A stretch of DNA of 64,000 bases from assembly GCA_031962025.1 (NCBI GenBank), contig JAVRKW010000008.1; one strand, written 5' to 3'. This document shows positions 10,219 to 18,495 of this stretch, in pieces. Source of the DNA: Pseudothermotoga sp. (GTDB taxonomy: Bacteria; Thermotogota; Thermotogae; Thermotogales; DSM-5069). Within the stretch, counting starts at the first letter, position 1; the number at the start of each line of letters is the position of its first letter. The position numbers and the translations under genes are program-made. The notes below the pieces were generated by a model. The model saw only the letters and a list, made by a program, of their open reading frames with translations, was not told the origin of the DNA and ran no database searches.

Positions 10219-11058
10219 GTGATGTACGTGAGGGCTTACAGAAAACAGAAAATTCAGGTATACACGATACTTACTATCCTGACTCTCGTAGTGATGTTTC
10301 CAATCTACTATGCGTTTGTCATGGCAACACTCAGTTCAATTGAGTCTTACAGTTATCCCCCAAGATTCACACCGGGCACTCATCTTCTGGAAAACATGAA
10401 AGAAGCTTGGAAAAATGCCAAAATGGGCAGGTTGATGTTCAACAGTGCTTTTACTGCAACCGTAGTGGCTGTGGCAAAGATATGTTTTTCAATCCTTGCG
10501 GCTTTTGCTTTTACCTACTTCGGGGATTTTAAGGGAAAATATTTGTTTTTTGGGCTCATACTGATAACCCACATGTTGCCACTTCCGGTAAGGCTTCTTC
10601 CAACGTATGATATGATGAAAGCCTTCGGGTGGGTGAACACTTACTACGCTCTGACTATACCGTTTTTTGCAAGTGCCACCGGCACACTTTTGTTCAGACA
10701 ACTTTTTCTCACCGTTCCACCGTCTCTTGCCGACGCCGCAAGAATAGATGGTGCCGGACCGATTAGATTTCTCTGGCACATTCTCATACCCCTTTCTAGA
10801 ACCAATATGGGTGCTTTGTTTTTGATTGAGTTCAACTATATATGGAACGAATACCTCTGGCCACTTGTGATAACCACCACAAAAGAAATGAGAGTCGTAC
10901 AGATAGGAATAAAAATACTTCTGGCATCTGAAGCCCAGGCTGCCGACTGGAACATAATAATGGCAGGAACAATTATGGCAATGCTGCCGCCTCTGGTAAT
11001 GCTGTTAATCTTTCAAAAAACGTTCATGGAAGGTTTCAGCATGAAAGAAGAAAAATGA
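10219..11058 (+). CDS. ugpE: Carbohydrate ABC permease, UgpE type
   Basis: TM segments, LADAARIDGAG EAA loop, WNEYLWPL. Confidence 0.8.
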   Translation: MMYVRAYRKQKIQVYTILTILTLVVMFPIYYAFVMATLSSIESYSYPPRFTPGTHLLENMKEAWKNAKMGRLMFNSAFTATVVAVAKICFSILAAFAFTYFGDFKGKYLFFGLILITHMLPLPVRLLPTYDMMKAFGWVNTYYALTIPFFASATGTLLFRQLFLTVPPSLADAARIDGAGPIRFLWHILIPLSRTNMGALFLIEFNYIWNEYLWPLVITTTKEMRVVQIGIKILLASEAQAADWNIIMAGTIMAMLPPLVMLLIFQKTFMEGFSMKEEK

Positions 11059-11062
11059 AAAT

Positions 11063-11410
11063 TCAGCTTGAGCTGACAACAAAACTCATTTTCAAAATAG
11101 ATTTTCCTTTATCATAATCGATCTGCACTGATTTCACCAACATTGAAATGAGCATTAGGTCCTCATCCGAACCGTATTCACCGGCTAATGGTAGATAATA
11201 ATACGCCATTTCCTCGTGGCTTTCAACTTTAAGATAACTCTCAAGAAGTTGAAGATCCTGATCACTCAGCATGACATTTGCTTGTATCACAACCAGAATA
11301 TCATCCTTCTGGGCATTGATATCTATATTCAGTTTTTGAGCAGATCTTGAAAAAAGAAACCTCATCAACTGCGTGGACAGTTTTGTTATAACTTCGATCT
11401 TTCTTGGCAT
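11063..11410 (-). CDS. Hypothetical protein (115 aa), coupled to upstream membrane protein gene
   Basis: Clean ORF starting 3 nt after the stop of 11414..12646; no recognised motif. Confidence 0.7.
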   Translation of the reverse strand: MPRKIEVITKLSTQLMRFLFSRSAQKLNIDINAQKDDILVVIQANVMLSDQDLQLLESYLKVESHEEMAYYYLPLAGEYGSDEDLMLISMLVKSVQIDYDKGKSILKMSFVVSSS

Positions 11411-11413
11411 AAC

Positions 11414-12646
11414 TCATTTTCCCCCCTTGCGAAGAACTTGAATGAGCGGCACCAAAAACATGGCAACCAGTCCTCCCGCAAAACCATTGTTGTAAAGATT
11501 AAGACCACCGTGTAAAAATCCCACGTTGTTCACCACGGCAGTGTGAACAAAACCGGCTATTATACCCCAAACCGGTCCGAATTCACCGGCAATGGGTGCA
11601 AGGGTTGTTCCAAACAGCGCAGCCAAGACATTGTTTGGTTCGCTGAGACTGTATTTATTGGTCACAGCGCTGATAGTCACTCCTATGACAATCGGTAAAA
11701 CATTTCTTGGATGTTTACCAAATGCCGAAAAACCCACCACTGTCATGATGCCTCCAATCGTAGGACCATTCAATTGACTGCCTGTTAAGAGCACATACAG
11801 GGTCATTAAAAAGCCAAGAATTCCCATGTTGACAAGTGTTATGGGAAAACCTTCCATTATGATGAAATCGCTGACAAGTCTGCCGGAATGTTTCATCAGT
11901 TTTCTGTAATTTTTGAAAGATTTTCCATTCAATTTCCAGCCATAATACGTGAGTGAAAAAAAGATCAAAAACATGAAAATAGACAGTAAAAGATTGTTCC
12001 CGCTTGACCAGACCATTCTGGAAGGTATTTCATACCCATAGGTTCTCATAAACGCGGCGGCAACCATGCCTATCATTCCACAGGTAAAACCTATATTGTA
12101 CAGATTGTAGCCTTTGTGGACTGTTAAAAAATGAGCGGCAAGGTCTGTCAGGAAAAAACCAATGGCTATCGCCACGACGTATGAAAATACCACCTGTTTA
12201 AATCCGCTCACCGGCAAGAAAAACGCAAGCTGTGTTACAAGGGGTGATATGGCTGTGCCAAAGTACGACACATAAATATATCTGGCAAATGGTTCGCGTT
12301 TATAAAGAGAGTAAAGATAGACTCCTATGATTATGGGCCAGACATTGAAGATGTTCTTGCCAAAAAGTGCAAAACCACCGACGGTGAGAACACAGGCAAA
12401 AGACAGACCGGTAACGGGAAGTTTCAAAAGCTGGAGCAACCAGGTGAAAATGACCATCAAAAGACCCGAATTGACAAACGCCGCCGAAATACCACCTATT
12501 TGAATGTAATCCGTCAAAAGATAATCTGGCACAGTGACAATTTTCACCAAATTTCTGCACAGATCAACCGGATGCCATAACCCACCTGTTATCAGACCAA
12601 AAACGATAAAAGCCAAACCGATTGAATAAAGAAAAGTTCTTCGCAT
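11414..12646 (-). CDS. Polytopic membrane protein, DUF1576-like with internal duplication
   Basis: About 10-12 hydrophobic segments; repeated GGFALFGKN/GFSAFGKH, FGTAISP/FGTTLAP and GYNLYNIGF/GLNLYNNGF motifs. Confidence 0.75.
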   Translation of the reverse strand: MRRTFLYSIGLAFIVFGLITGGLWHPVDLCRNLVKIVTVPDYLLTDYIQIGGISAAFVNSGLLMVIFTWLLQLLKLPVTGLSFACVLTVGGFALFGKNIFNVWPIIIGVYLYSLYKREPFARYIYVSYFGTAISPLVTQLAFFLPVSGFKQVVFSYVVAIAIGFFLTDLAAHFLTVHKGYNLYNIGFTCGMIGMVAAAFMRTYGYEIPSRMVWSSGNNLLLSIFMFLIFFSLTYYGWKLNGKSFKNYRKLMKHSGRLVSDFIIMEGFPITLVNMGILGFLMTLYVLLTGSQLNGPTIGGIMTVVGFSAFGKHPRNVLPIVIGVTISAVTNKYSLSEPNNVLAALFGTTLAPIAGEFGPVWGIIAGFVHTAVVNNVGFLHGGLNLYNNGFAGGLVAMFLVPLIQVLRKGGK

Positions 12647-12745
12647 AAAAGACCCCCTTTGTTTTTCTAATTCATTTATACCAGAAGTAACTGTATAAAA
12701 GTGCTATAGTTATTGGTGATGAAAAATTTAAATGGGGGAATGAAG

Positions 12746-13174
12746 ATGGGAAAAAAACTAACCGTAAAGGATAGAGAAAGGTGTATAGGCTGTTATTCCT
12801 GCATGTTTGCGTGCAGTAGAGCATGGCACAATATCATTGGCATAGAAAAAGCGGCACTGAGAGTAAAAAATTATCCTGGAATTGAAGGAGCTTTCTCGGT
12901 GAGAGTTTGTCAGGCTTGCCTTGACCCAGAATGTGCGCAGGTTTGCCCAACAGGTGCTCTGAAACCGTCAAAAAGAGGTTATGGAGTTGAACTGGAAAAG
13001 GAAAAATGCACTCACTGTATGAAATGCGTCAAAGCATGCAGTGCGGGTGCATTGCAGTGGGACGAGGAAACAAAATTACCCCTGCCATGCCTGCACTGTG
13101 GAATCTGTGTGATGTACTGTCCGACAAATGTTTTGCAGATGCAGGAGGTGATAGTCAATGTACAGAATGCTTGA
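12746..13174 (+). CDS. 4Fe-4S dicluster ferredoxin-like subunit (partner of AOR)
   Basis: Four Cys clusters: CIGCYSCMFAC, CQACLDPECAQVCP, CTHCMKCVKAC, CLHCGICVMYCP. Confidence 0.9.
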   Translation: MGKKLTVKDRERCIGCYSCMFACSRAWHNIIGIEKAALRVKNYPGIEGAFSVRVCQACLDPECAQVCPTGALKPSKRGYGVELEKEKCTHCMKCVKACSAGALQWDEETKLPLPCLHCGICVMYCPTNVLQMQEVIVNVQNA

Positions 13175-14924
13175 AATAGATCTGAGCACTGGTGAAACAA
13201 CAGTCAAAGACATATCTGAACTTTTCTCAAAATTCATAGGTGGTACAGGAGTTCTGACCTACATGGCTTTTAAAGAATTAACAAGCCACCTTGACCCTCT
13301 ATCACCACAGGCACCCATTTTCTTTGGTATAGGACCTTTCAACTGCTATTTTCCAAGTGCCTCAAAAACCATAGCCATCTTCAAATCTCCTCTGACAGGT
13401 GATCTCGGCGAATCGCACGCCGGTGGAAGACTCTCAATGGCAATGCTCGCCGCCGGATTTCATGTGATCAGGATAACTGGTAAAGCAGAAAAACCTGTTT
13501 ACTTATCAATAGATAATGAAAGGGTGAATCTGGTCCCGTGCCGATCTTTGTGGGGAAGGAGTGCTCTTTCCGTAGAACGAATCTTGCGTGAGAAGGAAGA
13601 CACAAGAAAAGGCAAAAAAAGCATCATGAGGATAGGACCTGCCGGGGAGAGATTATCACCGATTGCCTGCGTCACCGTCGATTCGTCAAGGCATTTTGGA
13701 AGACTCGGACTGGGTGCAGTCTTGGGATCCAAGAATCTCAAAGCAATTGTGATCTCAGGAAACAGATATGCATCTATTTCGAACAAGAAAGAATACCAGG
13801 CATTCTACAACGACCTATTCAAAGACCTCGCTTACTCGGAAAATACTTACAAATACAGAGACCTTGGAACATCTGCAAATGTCATACCACTTTCAAAAAT
13901 ACACAGTCTACCGACGAGAAATTTCTCTCAGGGTTTTTTTGAAAGTGCTCAGAGAATCAGTGGAGAATTTTTTGCAGATAATTTCCTTGCCCAGCAGATA
14001 TCATGCTCACACTGCCCAATCGGATGTATCCACATTGCAACATTGAGAGAACTTTTTGCAGACCCTCACATGTACAAGACAATAAAAGTTTCTTACGATC
14101 ACGAATTGATCTACTCGATAGGTTCAAACCTGAGTATAGCGGATGCATCAGAAATTCTGAAGTTGTTGCAATTCATCGAACGACAGGGCTGGGATGCCAT
14201 AAGTATCGGAGTTGTGCTGGCATGGGCAACAGAAGCCTTCCAGAAAGGAATAATCAATCTCTCACACACCGATGGTCTTGCACTGAGTTTCGGTGATAGC
14301 CAGACCTATATGAAAGTTCTGGAAAATATCGCATCTACTAAGAATGAGTTCTACCAGGATCTTGAAAAAGGTGTTTACCACTGTGCAAAAAAGTACGGAG
14401 CAGAGGAATTGGCAATACACTTCAACAAGAACGAAGCACCCGGTTATATGACAGGACCGGATGCCTTCGTGGGTTATGCAGTCGGTGTGAGACATTCTCA
14501 TCTTGATTGTGCCGGCTACAGTACTGATCAAAAGTTTCTGGGAAGAGATCAGGATCCTGAAAAGGAAGTCAAAATGATGTACGAAGAATCGCTCTGGAGA
14601 ATGGTTACCAACTCACTGGTTACCTGCCTTTTTGCGCGCAACACTTACACACCGAACATCGTCGAAAAAGGATTAAAACTGCTCGGATACGATGTAGATT
14701 TGCAATGGCTCGCCAGAACTTCTCGACTCATCCACGGAATGAAATATCTGCTCAAAGAAAAACTTGGCTTTGAATTTGAAAAACTTGAACTTCCAGCAAA
14801 ACTCACCAGAATCTATACTGGTAGAGGGATGATAACTACAGATGACTTCAAAAATAGAGTGAAAATTTATGAAAAATTGGTCCAGCAGGACAAGCAACTT
14901 GCAAAGGAGTTACTCACAAATTAA
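13158..14924 (+). CDS. Tungsten-dependent aldehyde:ferredoxin oxidoreductase family protein
   Basis: KSPLTG..GESHAGG, IGPAGE, GLGAVLGSKNLKAI, CSHCPIGC, D(A)IS.G motifs of the AOR family. Confidence 0.88.
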   Translation: MYRMLEIDLSTGETTVKDISELFSKFIGGTGVLTYMAFKELTSHLDPLSPQAPIFFGIGPFNCYFPSASKTIAIFKSPLTGDLGESHAGGRLSMAMLAAGFHVIRITGKAEKPVYLSIDNERVNLVPCRSLWGRSALSVERILREKEDTRKGKKSIMRIGPAGERLSPIACVTVDSSRHFGRLGLGAVLGSKNLKAIVISGNRYASISNKKEYQAFYNDLFKDLAYSENTYKYRDLGTSANVIPLSKIHSLPTRNFSQGFFESAQRISGEFFADNFLAQQISCSHCPIGCIHIATLRELFADPHMYKTIKVSYDHELIYSIGSNLSIADASEILKLLQFIERQGWDAISIGVVLAWATEAFQKGIINLSHTDGLALSFGDSQTYMKVLENIASTKNEFYQDLEKGVYHCAKKYGAEELAIHFNKNEAPGYMTGPDAFVGYAVGVRHSHLDCAGYSTDQKFLGRDQDPEKEVKMMYEESLWRMVTNSLVTCLFARNTYTPNIVEKGLKLLGYDVDLQWLARTSRLIHGMKYLLKEKLGFEFEKLELPAKLTRIYTGRGMITTDDFKNRVKIYEKLVQQDKQLAKELLTN

Positions 14925-14957
14925 CCCGTTGAAATTGAGCTTGCTTTGGTAAAAGAA

Positions 14958-16214
14958 TCAGCCGTCGATCAGAGCAACAATCAGATCATTGACATTTGTG
15001 CCCGTCGGACCAGTGATTAGAAGGTCATCACTGGCTTTCAGTGCGTTATAAGAATCGTTGTTCAAAAGCATTTTCACAGGATCAATTCCAAATGATCTAA
15101 TCTTTGCGCAGGTTGTGCCGTCTACTATTCCACCTGCCGCATCGGTTGGTCCATCAGTTCCATCGGTACCGGCGGAACAGATCACAATATTTTCAGTCCC
15201 ATCTATTTCAATGGCTGCCGAAAGCGCCAGTTCCTGGTTTCTGCCACCCTTACCAGTTCCCCTCACCTGTACAACTGTCTCGCCACCAAGTATCAGCGCG
15301 GCAGGTTTTGAAACGGGTCTGTTGTTTTGCAAAATTTCCTTTGCAACAGAAGAAATGAACCTACCAGCTTCTCTTGCTTCGCAAGAAAGCGTGGTGGTAA
15401 GGATCATCGTGTTGTATCCAAGTTGTGTGGATATCTTCTGCGCATTTTCACAGGCAATTTTGATACTGCCTATCACATAGCTCTGAACATTGGACAGATG
15501 CTTGGGTGTCTCTTCCTGCAACTGTTTGAGAATATAATCATCAACTTTTATATTGTACTTCTCGATTATGTTCATCGCCTGCTGACTTGTACTGGAGTCT
15601 GGCCAGGCAGGACCGGAGGCAATGCTATCGAGCCTGTCACCAAGAACATCTGATAGAACAAGCGAGATCACCCTGGCAGGGTAAACTCTCTGCGCAAATC
15701 TTCCACCTTTCACCGAGGAAAGGTGTTTTCTGATCGTGTTTATCTCTACAATACTCGCACCACTTTTTAAAAGCTGCTCTGTTAAATCCTGCAGTTGATG
15801 CAACGAAATATCTCCTTTTGGTTTTTCAAAGAGCGCAGATCCACCACCGGAGATTAAAAACAAAACAGTGTCATTCTGTGTCAAACCATCCACAATCTGC
15901 AAAGCTCTCTGCGTGGCAATGATTGTGTTCTCATCAGGTACAGGATGCCCGGCTTCGTAAATTTCAAGACCATCTATCTGCCCCTGACTGTGACCGTATT
16001 TGGTGATAACTATTCCCTTTGATATTTTGCTTTTAAGAATTTCTTTTGCACTTTTTGCCATTCTCCAGGCTGCTTTACCTATAGCAACAAGCACGATATT
16101 TGTTGAAATGTCCATATTTACAAGAGCTTTTTCAACCAGTTTATCCGGTAAAACAGACTCTATCGTCTCATTTACTATTTTCATGACATGCTCTCTGAGC
16201 TTCTCATTTGCCAT
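14958..16214 (-). CDS. Glycerate 2-kinase (MOFRL family)
   Basis: IGKAA, EAGHPVPD, ISGGGSALF, SDVLGD..IASGP, GGETVV..GGRNQE, GTDGTDG, TGPTGTNVND. Confidence 0.92.
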   Translation of the reverse strand: MANEKLREHVMKIVNETIESVLPDKLVEKALVNMDISTNIVLVAIGKAAWRMAKSAKEILKSKISKGIVITKYGHSQGQIDGLEIYEAGHPVPDENTIIATQRALQIVDGLTQNDTVLFLISGGGSALFEKPKGDISLHQLQDLTEQLLKSGASIVEINTIRKHLSSVKGGRFAQRVYPARVISLVLSDVLGDRLDSIASGPAWPDSSTSQQAMNIIEKYNIKVDDYILKQLQEETPKHLSNVQSYVIGSIKIACENAQKISTQLGYNTMILTTTLSCEAREAGRFISSVAKEILQNNRPVSKPAALILGGETVVQVRGTGKGGRNQELALSAAIEIDGTENIVICSAGTDGTDGPTDAAGGIVDGTTCAKIRSFGIDPVKMLLNNDSYNALKASDDLLITGPTGTNVNDLIVALIDG

Positions 16215-16246
16215 CAGATCTGATCCTCCCTTTGACCAGCTTTACC

Positions 16247-17578
16247 TTACTGGCACATGGTGGCTCCAACATCTAAATGCTGGAGAGGAAATGTGCCGGA
16301 AATTTTTGGTCGTTCTAATTCGTAACTGTACCCATCAAACCGCTGAATTACCCTGCAGTATTTGTAAGATATTCCCTGAACAATCCTTTTCCCATTTCTG
16401 CCCTTTATATCAAAATATCCACTACTTCTACATGCTACTGTTCCTTTCCATGTACCTTTGTACTTACCTCTTTTGACTACTGCCCTTACCATATCACCTG
16501 TCTGAAAACCAAAGAAAAATTTCTGTCTTGCTCTGTGCCCTATAGCAAAACCATATTTATTGACATTTGCCATTTGTCTTGTGCCTCTACCTTTTGCTGT
16601 TACATGTAAAATAGTTTTTGTCTTAAACCAAATCCTTTCAGGCGTTGATTGCCCTATGCAAATTGCGTCAAAATGATGATCTTTGGGTAAACCTAATTTA
16701 GCTCTGTTCATCTTTGTCAATACACCACTTCCACATTCTATTTGAAGTCCTGTTCTTTTTAGAACTTCGTATATCTTCCATCTTGTGGAGTTAACTAATG
16801 AACAGTCTTTTAAGGGTTCTTTGACAAGTTTCTGAATTTCAGCATACCCAAATTCTTCTGCTGTCCTATTTCCCTTTTTCTGATTGCACTCATGGCAGGC
16901 TATAACAAGGTTATCTATTCTATCTGTCCCACCTCTTGATTTTGGAATGACATGTTCTATTTCCAGGGGCACATTTGTAGCTCCACAGTACACACATCGC
17001 CTGTTGAACTTCTCTAACAGATACTCTTTTATCTCATATCCTAAAAGTGTTCCTTGTTGATATTCCACACCTGAAATTTCTGGGTTCCTTAATTTTTGTG
17101 TATCAAATTTGGCATTCTCGTACGAAATAGCATTAACAGGACACAGTTTACATAGCCTTTTTACCCACGTTTCAATGTTGTTTACTCTGCTTTTTAGTGT
17201 TGGTGGTAACCGATCTTTGTCCCTTTTCCTGTTCAAAAACCTTGGTTTTCTATACCTTGTTTTTCTACTTCTCCTGCTGTGTCGTAGATTGCGCCTTGTG
17301 TCCATCTTCTCTTTTATGTCTGTTTTGTGATGCAGTTGCATCATGAAGATTACTTCAGAATTGTTTTTCAGTATAGCGATGCCTGTGTGCTTGCTCCCGT
17401 AGTCTATTTTGAGTCTATAGTCTGGTTTGAATGTTGAGGTATCTTTTAGATCTTTGAGCCGTATAGTGAAAGGATAGATTCTGTGTACAACTGCTTTTCC
17501 TTCTTTTAGAAGTTTTCTGGCAACTGCTTCATGGCACGGTGATAAAGGTTTCTTGTTCTTGTTCAATACAAATACCAT
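16247..17578 (-). CDS. iscB: RNA-guided endonuclease IscB (443 aa from ATG at 17578)
   Basis: PLMP-like KPLSPCH, RuvC-I IDYGSKHTG, Arg-rich bridge helix, RuvC-II YENAKFD, HNH CVYC..EHVIPKSRGG..NLVIACHECNQKKGN, RuvC-III HHFDAIC; AGGAGG SD. Confidence 0.95.
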   Translation of the reverse strand: MVFVLNKNKKPLSPCHEAVARKLLKEGKAVVHRIYPFTIRLKDLKDTSTFKPDYRLKIDYGSKHTGIAILKNNSEVIFMMQLHHKTDIKEKMDTRRNLRHSRRSRKTRYRKPRFLNRKRDKDRLPPTLKSRVNNIETWVKRLCKLCPVNAISYENAKFDTQKLRNPEISGVEYQQGTLLGYEIKEYLLEKFNRRCVYCGATNVPLEIEHVIPKSRGGTDRIDNLVIACHECNQKKGNRTAEEFGYAEIQKLVKEPLKDCSLVNSTRWKIYEVLKRTGLQIECGSGVLTKMNRAKLGLPKDHHFDAICIGQSTPERIWFKTKTILHVTAKGRGTRQMANVNKYGFAIGHRARQKFFFGFQTGDMVRAVVKRGKYKGTWKGTVACRSSGYFDIKGRNGKRIVQGISYKYCRVIQRFDGYSYELERPKISGTFPLQHLDVGATMCQ

Positions 17579-17878
17579 TTTACAGAGTTTTCCTCCTTCT
17601 CCAGTAGGTTTTAAATCTACTGGGTGACGCACAGGCTGGACTACACCTGTATCTCCCATCGCCAATGTTATCCCTGTTTGTTATGTACAGACCACTGTCC
17701 CTACCACTTCAGGACTGTTTAAGCCTGTACGGCATTGTCTGGAGCTTGGGACGCACCCCAGAGTGCCATGACAGGGATAACGTAGGAACATCGTCCCCTT
17801 GTCCTTCGGGTCAGTCCCTTAGGCTGGTCAACCAGGGCTCCTTCAAGCCTCCGCCTCTATAGGCGGGTGGTAGTTGAC
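16251..17878 (-). mobile_element. Non-autonomous IS200/IS605-family IscB (OMEGA) element, no tnpA
   Basis: Left end GTCAACTACC plus hairpin CCGCCT-ATAG-AGGCGG; right subterminal hairpin 16264-16285; joining the flanks restores the host gene end TTT TTG|GTA AGG TAA. Confidence 0.85.
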
Positions 17879-17894
17879 CAAAAATCGGCTACCA
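17600..17894 (-). ncRNA. omega-RNA (HEARO-type) scaffold with 5' flank-derived guide; 3' boundary approximate
   Basis: Hallmark segments GTCAAC...GTTGACCAGCCTAAG, CTACGTTATCCCTG pairing with CAGGGATAAC, TTAAACAG, GACAGTG, AACATTGGCGATGGG directly upstream of iscB. Confidence 0.85.
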
Positions 17895-18400
17895 GCATAA
17901 GCACCCAGGATGTTGAATATTAAATCCAACATGGTGTCCTGCAACCCTCTTTGTGCATTAAGTGAGAAAAACTCATCTGCTATAAATTCTGCTATCTCCC
18001 AGATAATTCCAGCAAAATTGGTGAGCAGAAATGAAATGAAAACTGCTCTTTTTTTATCTAATTCAGCTTTCCAAAATTTCGAGTTTGTTGCCACAATGAA
18101 ATAGAAGAAAATCGATCCAAGAGCTGAGCCCACAAAATGCAAGCCCTTATCAAAAAATGGTACAGAATCATAGAAACCCAGAAACTGACCAAAAAACGAA
18201 TGAAGGAGTATATGAATTCTAAATAGTGTTTTCAAATTCTGCGGAATTTGCTGGTTCACGGTTTTTTCATAATAAAATTCAGGAATACTGCCAAAAAAGA
18301 AAACAAGATAACCCACACTCTGAACAATCTTCATTCGAAGTACTGAAAAAACTACAGGTATAAAAGAAATGGCAATGAGCGATTTATCTAAAAGCGACAT
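17843..18400 (-). CDS. Hypothetical integral membrane protein (DUF2238/VanZ-like); C-terminus supplied by the IS left end
   Basis: Hydrophobic; FDKGLHF, WEIAEF..D, DTMLDL..N..GA motifs; last residues VNYHPPIEAEA are encoded by GTCAACTACC... Confidence 0.7.
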   Translation of the reverse strand: MSLLDKSLIAISFIPVVFSVLRMKIVQSVGYLVFFFGSIPEFYYEKTVNQQIPQNLKTLFRIHILLHSFFGQFLGFYDSVPFFDKGLHFVGSALGSIFFYFIVATNSKFWKAELDKKRAVFISFLLTNFAGIIWEIAEFIADEFFSLNAQRGLQDTMLDLIFNILGAYAGSRFLVNYHPPIEAEA

Positions 18401-18468
18401 ACTTGACCTTTCTGCTGTCTCAAAGGTACCTTTCATTCCTGTTCACCCATTTTAGGATTATAACATAC

Positions 18469-18495
18469 AAAAAAGGCTGCCTTCCGGCAGCCTTT
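18469..18495 (-). terminator. Intrinsic terminator after dctP
   Basis: AAAAGGCTGC-loop-GCAGCCTTTT stem with a U tract on the minus strand. Confidence 0.7.

Noticed and set aside
17579-17665. 29-aa N-terminal extension of IscB in the ORF track
   Set aside because: It lies within the omega-RNA 3' region; the AGGAGG SD and IscB homology point to the ATG at 17578.
17665-17862. 65-aa plus-strand ORF
   Set aside because: Antisense to the omega-RNA scaffold, with no SD or protein motif.
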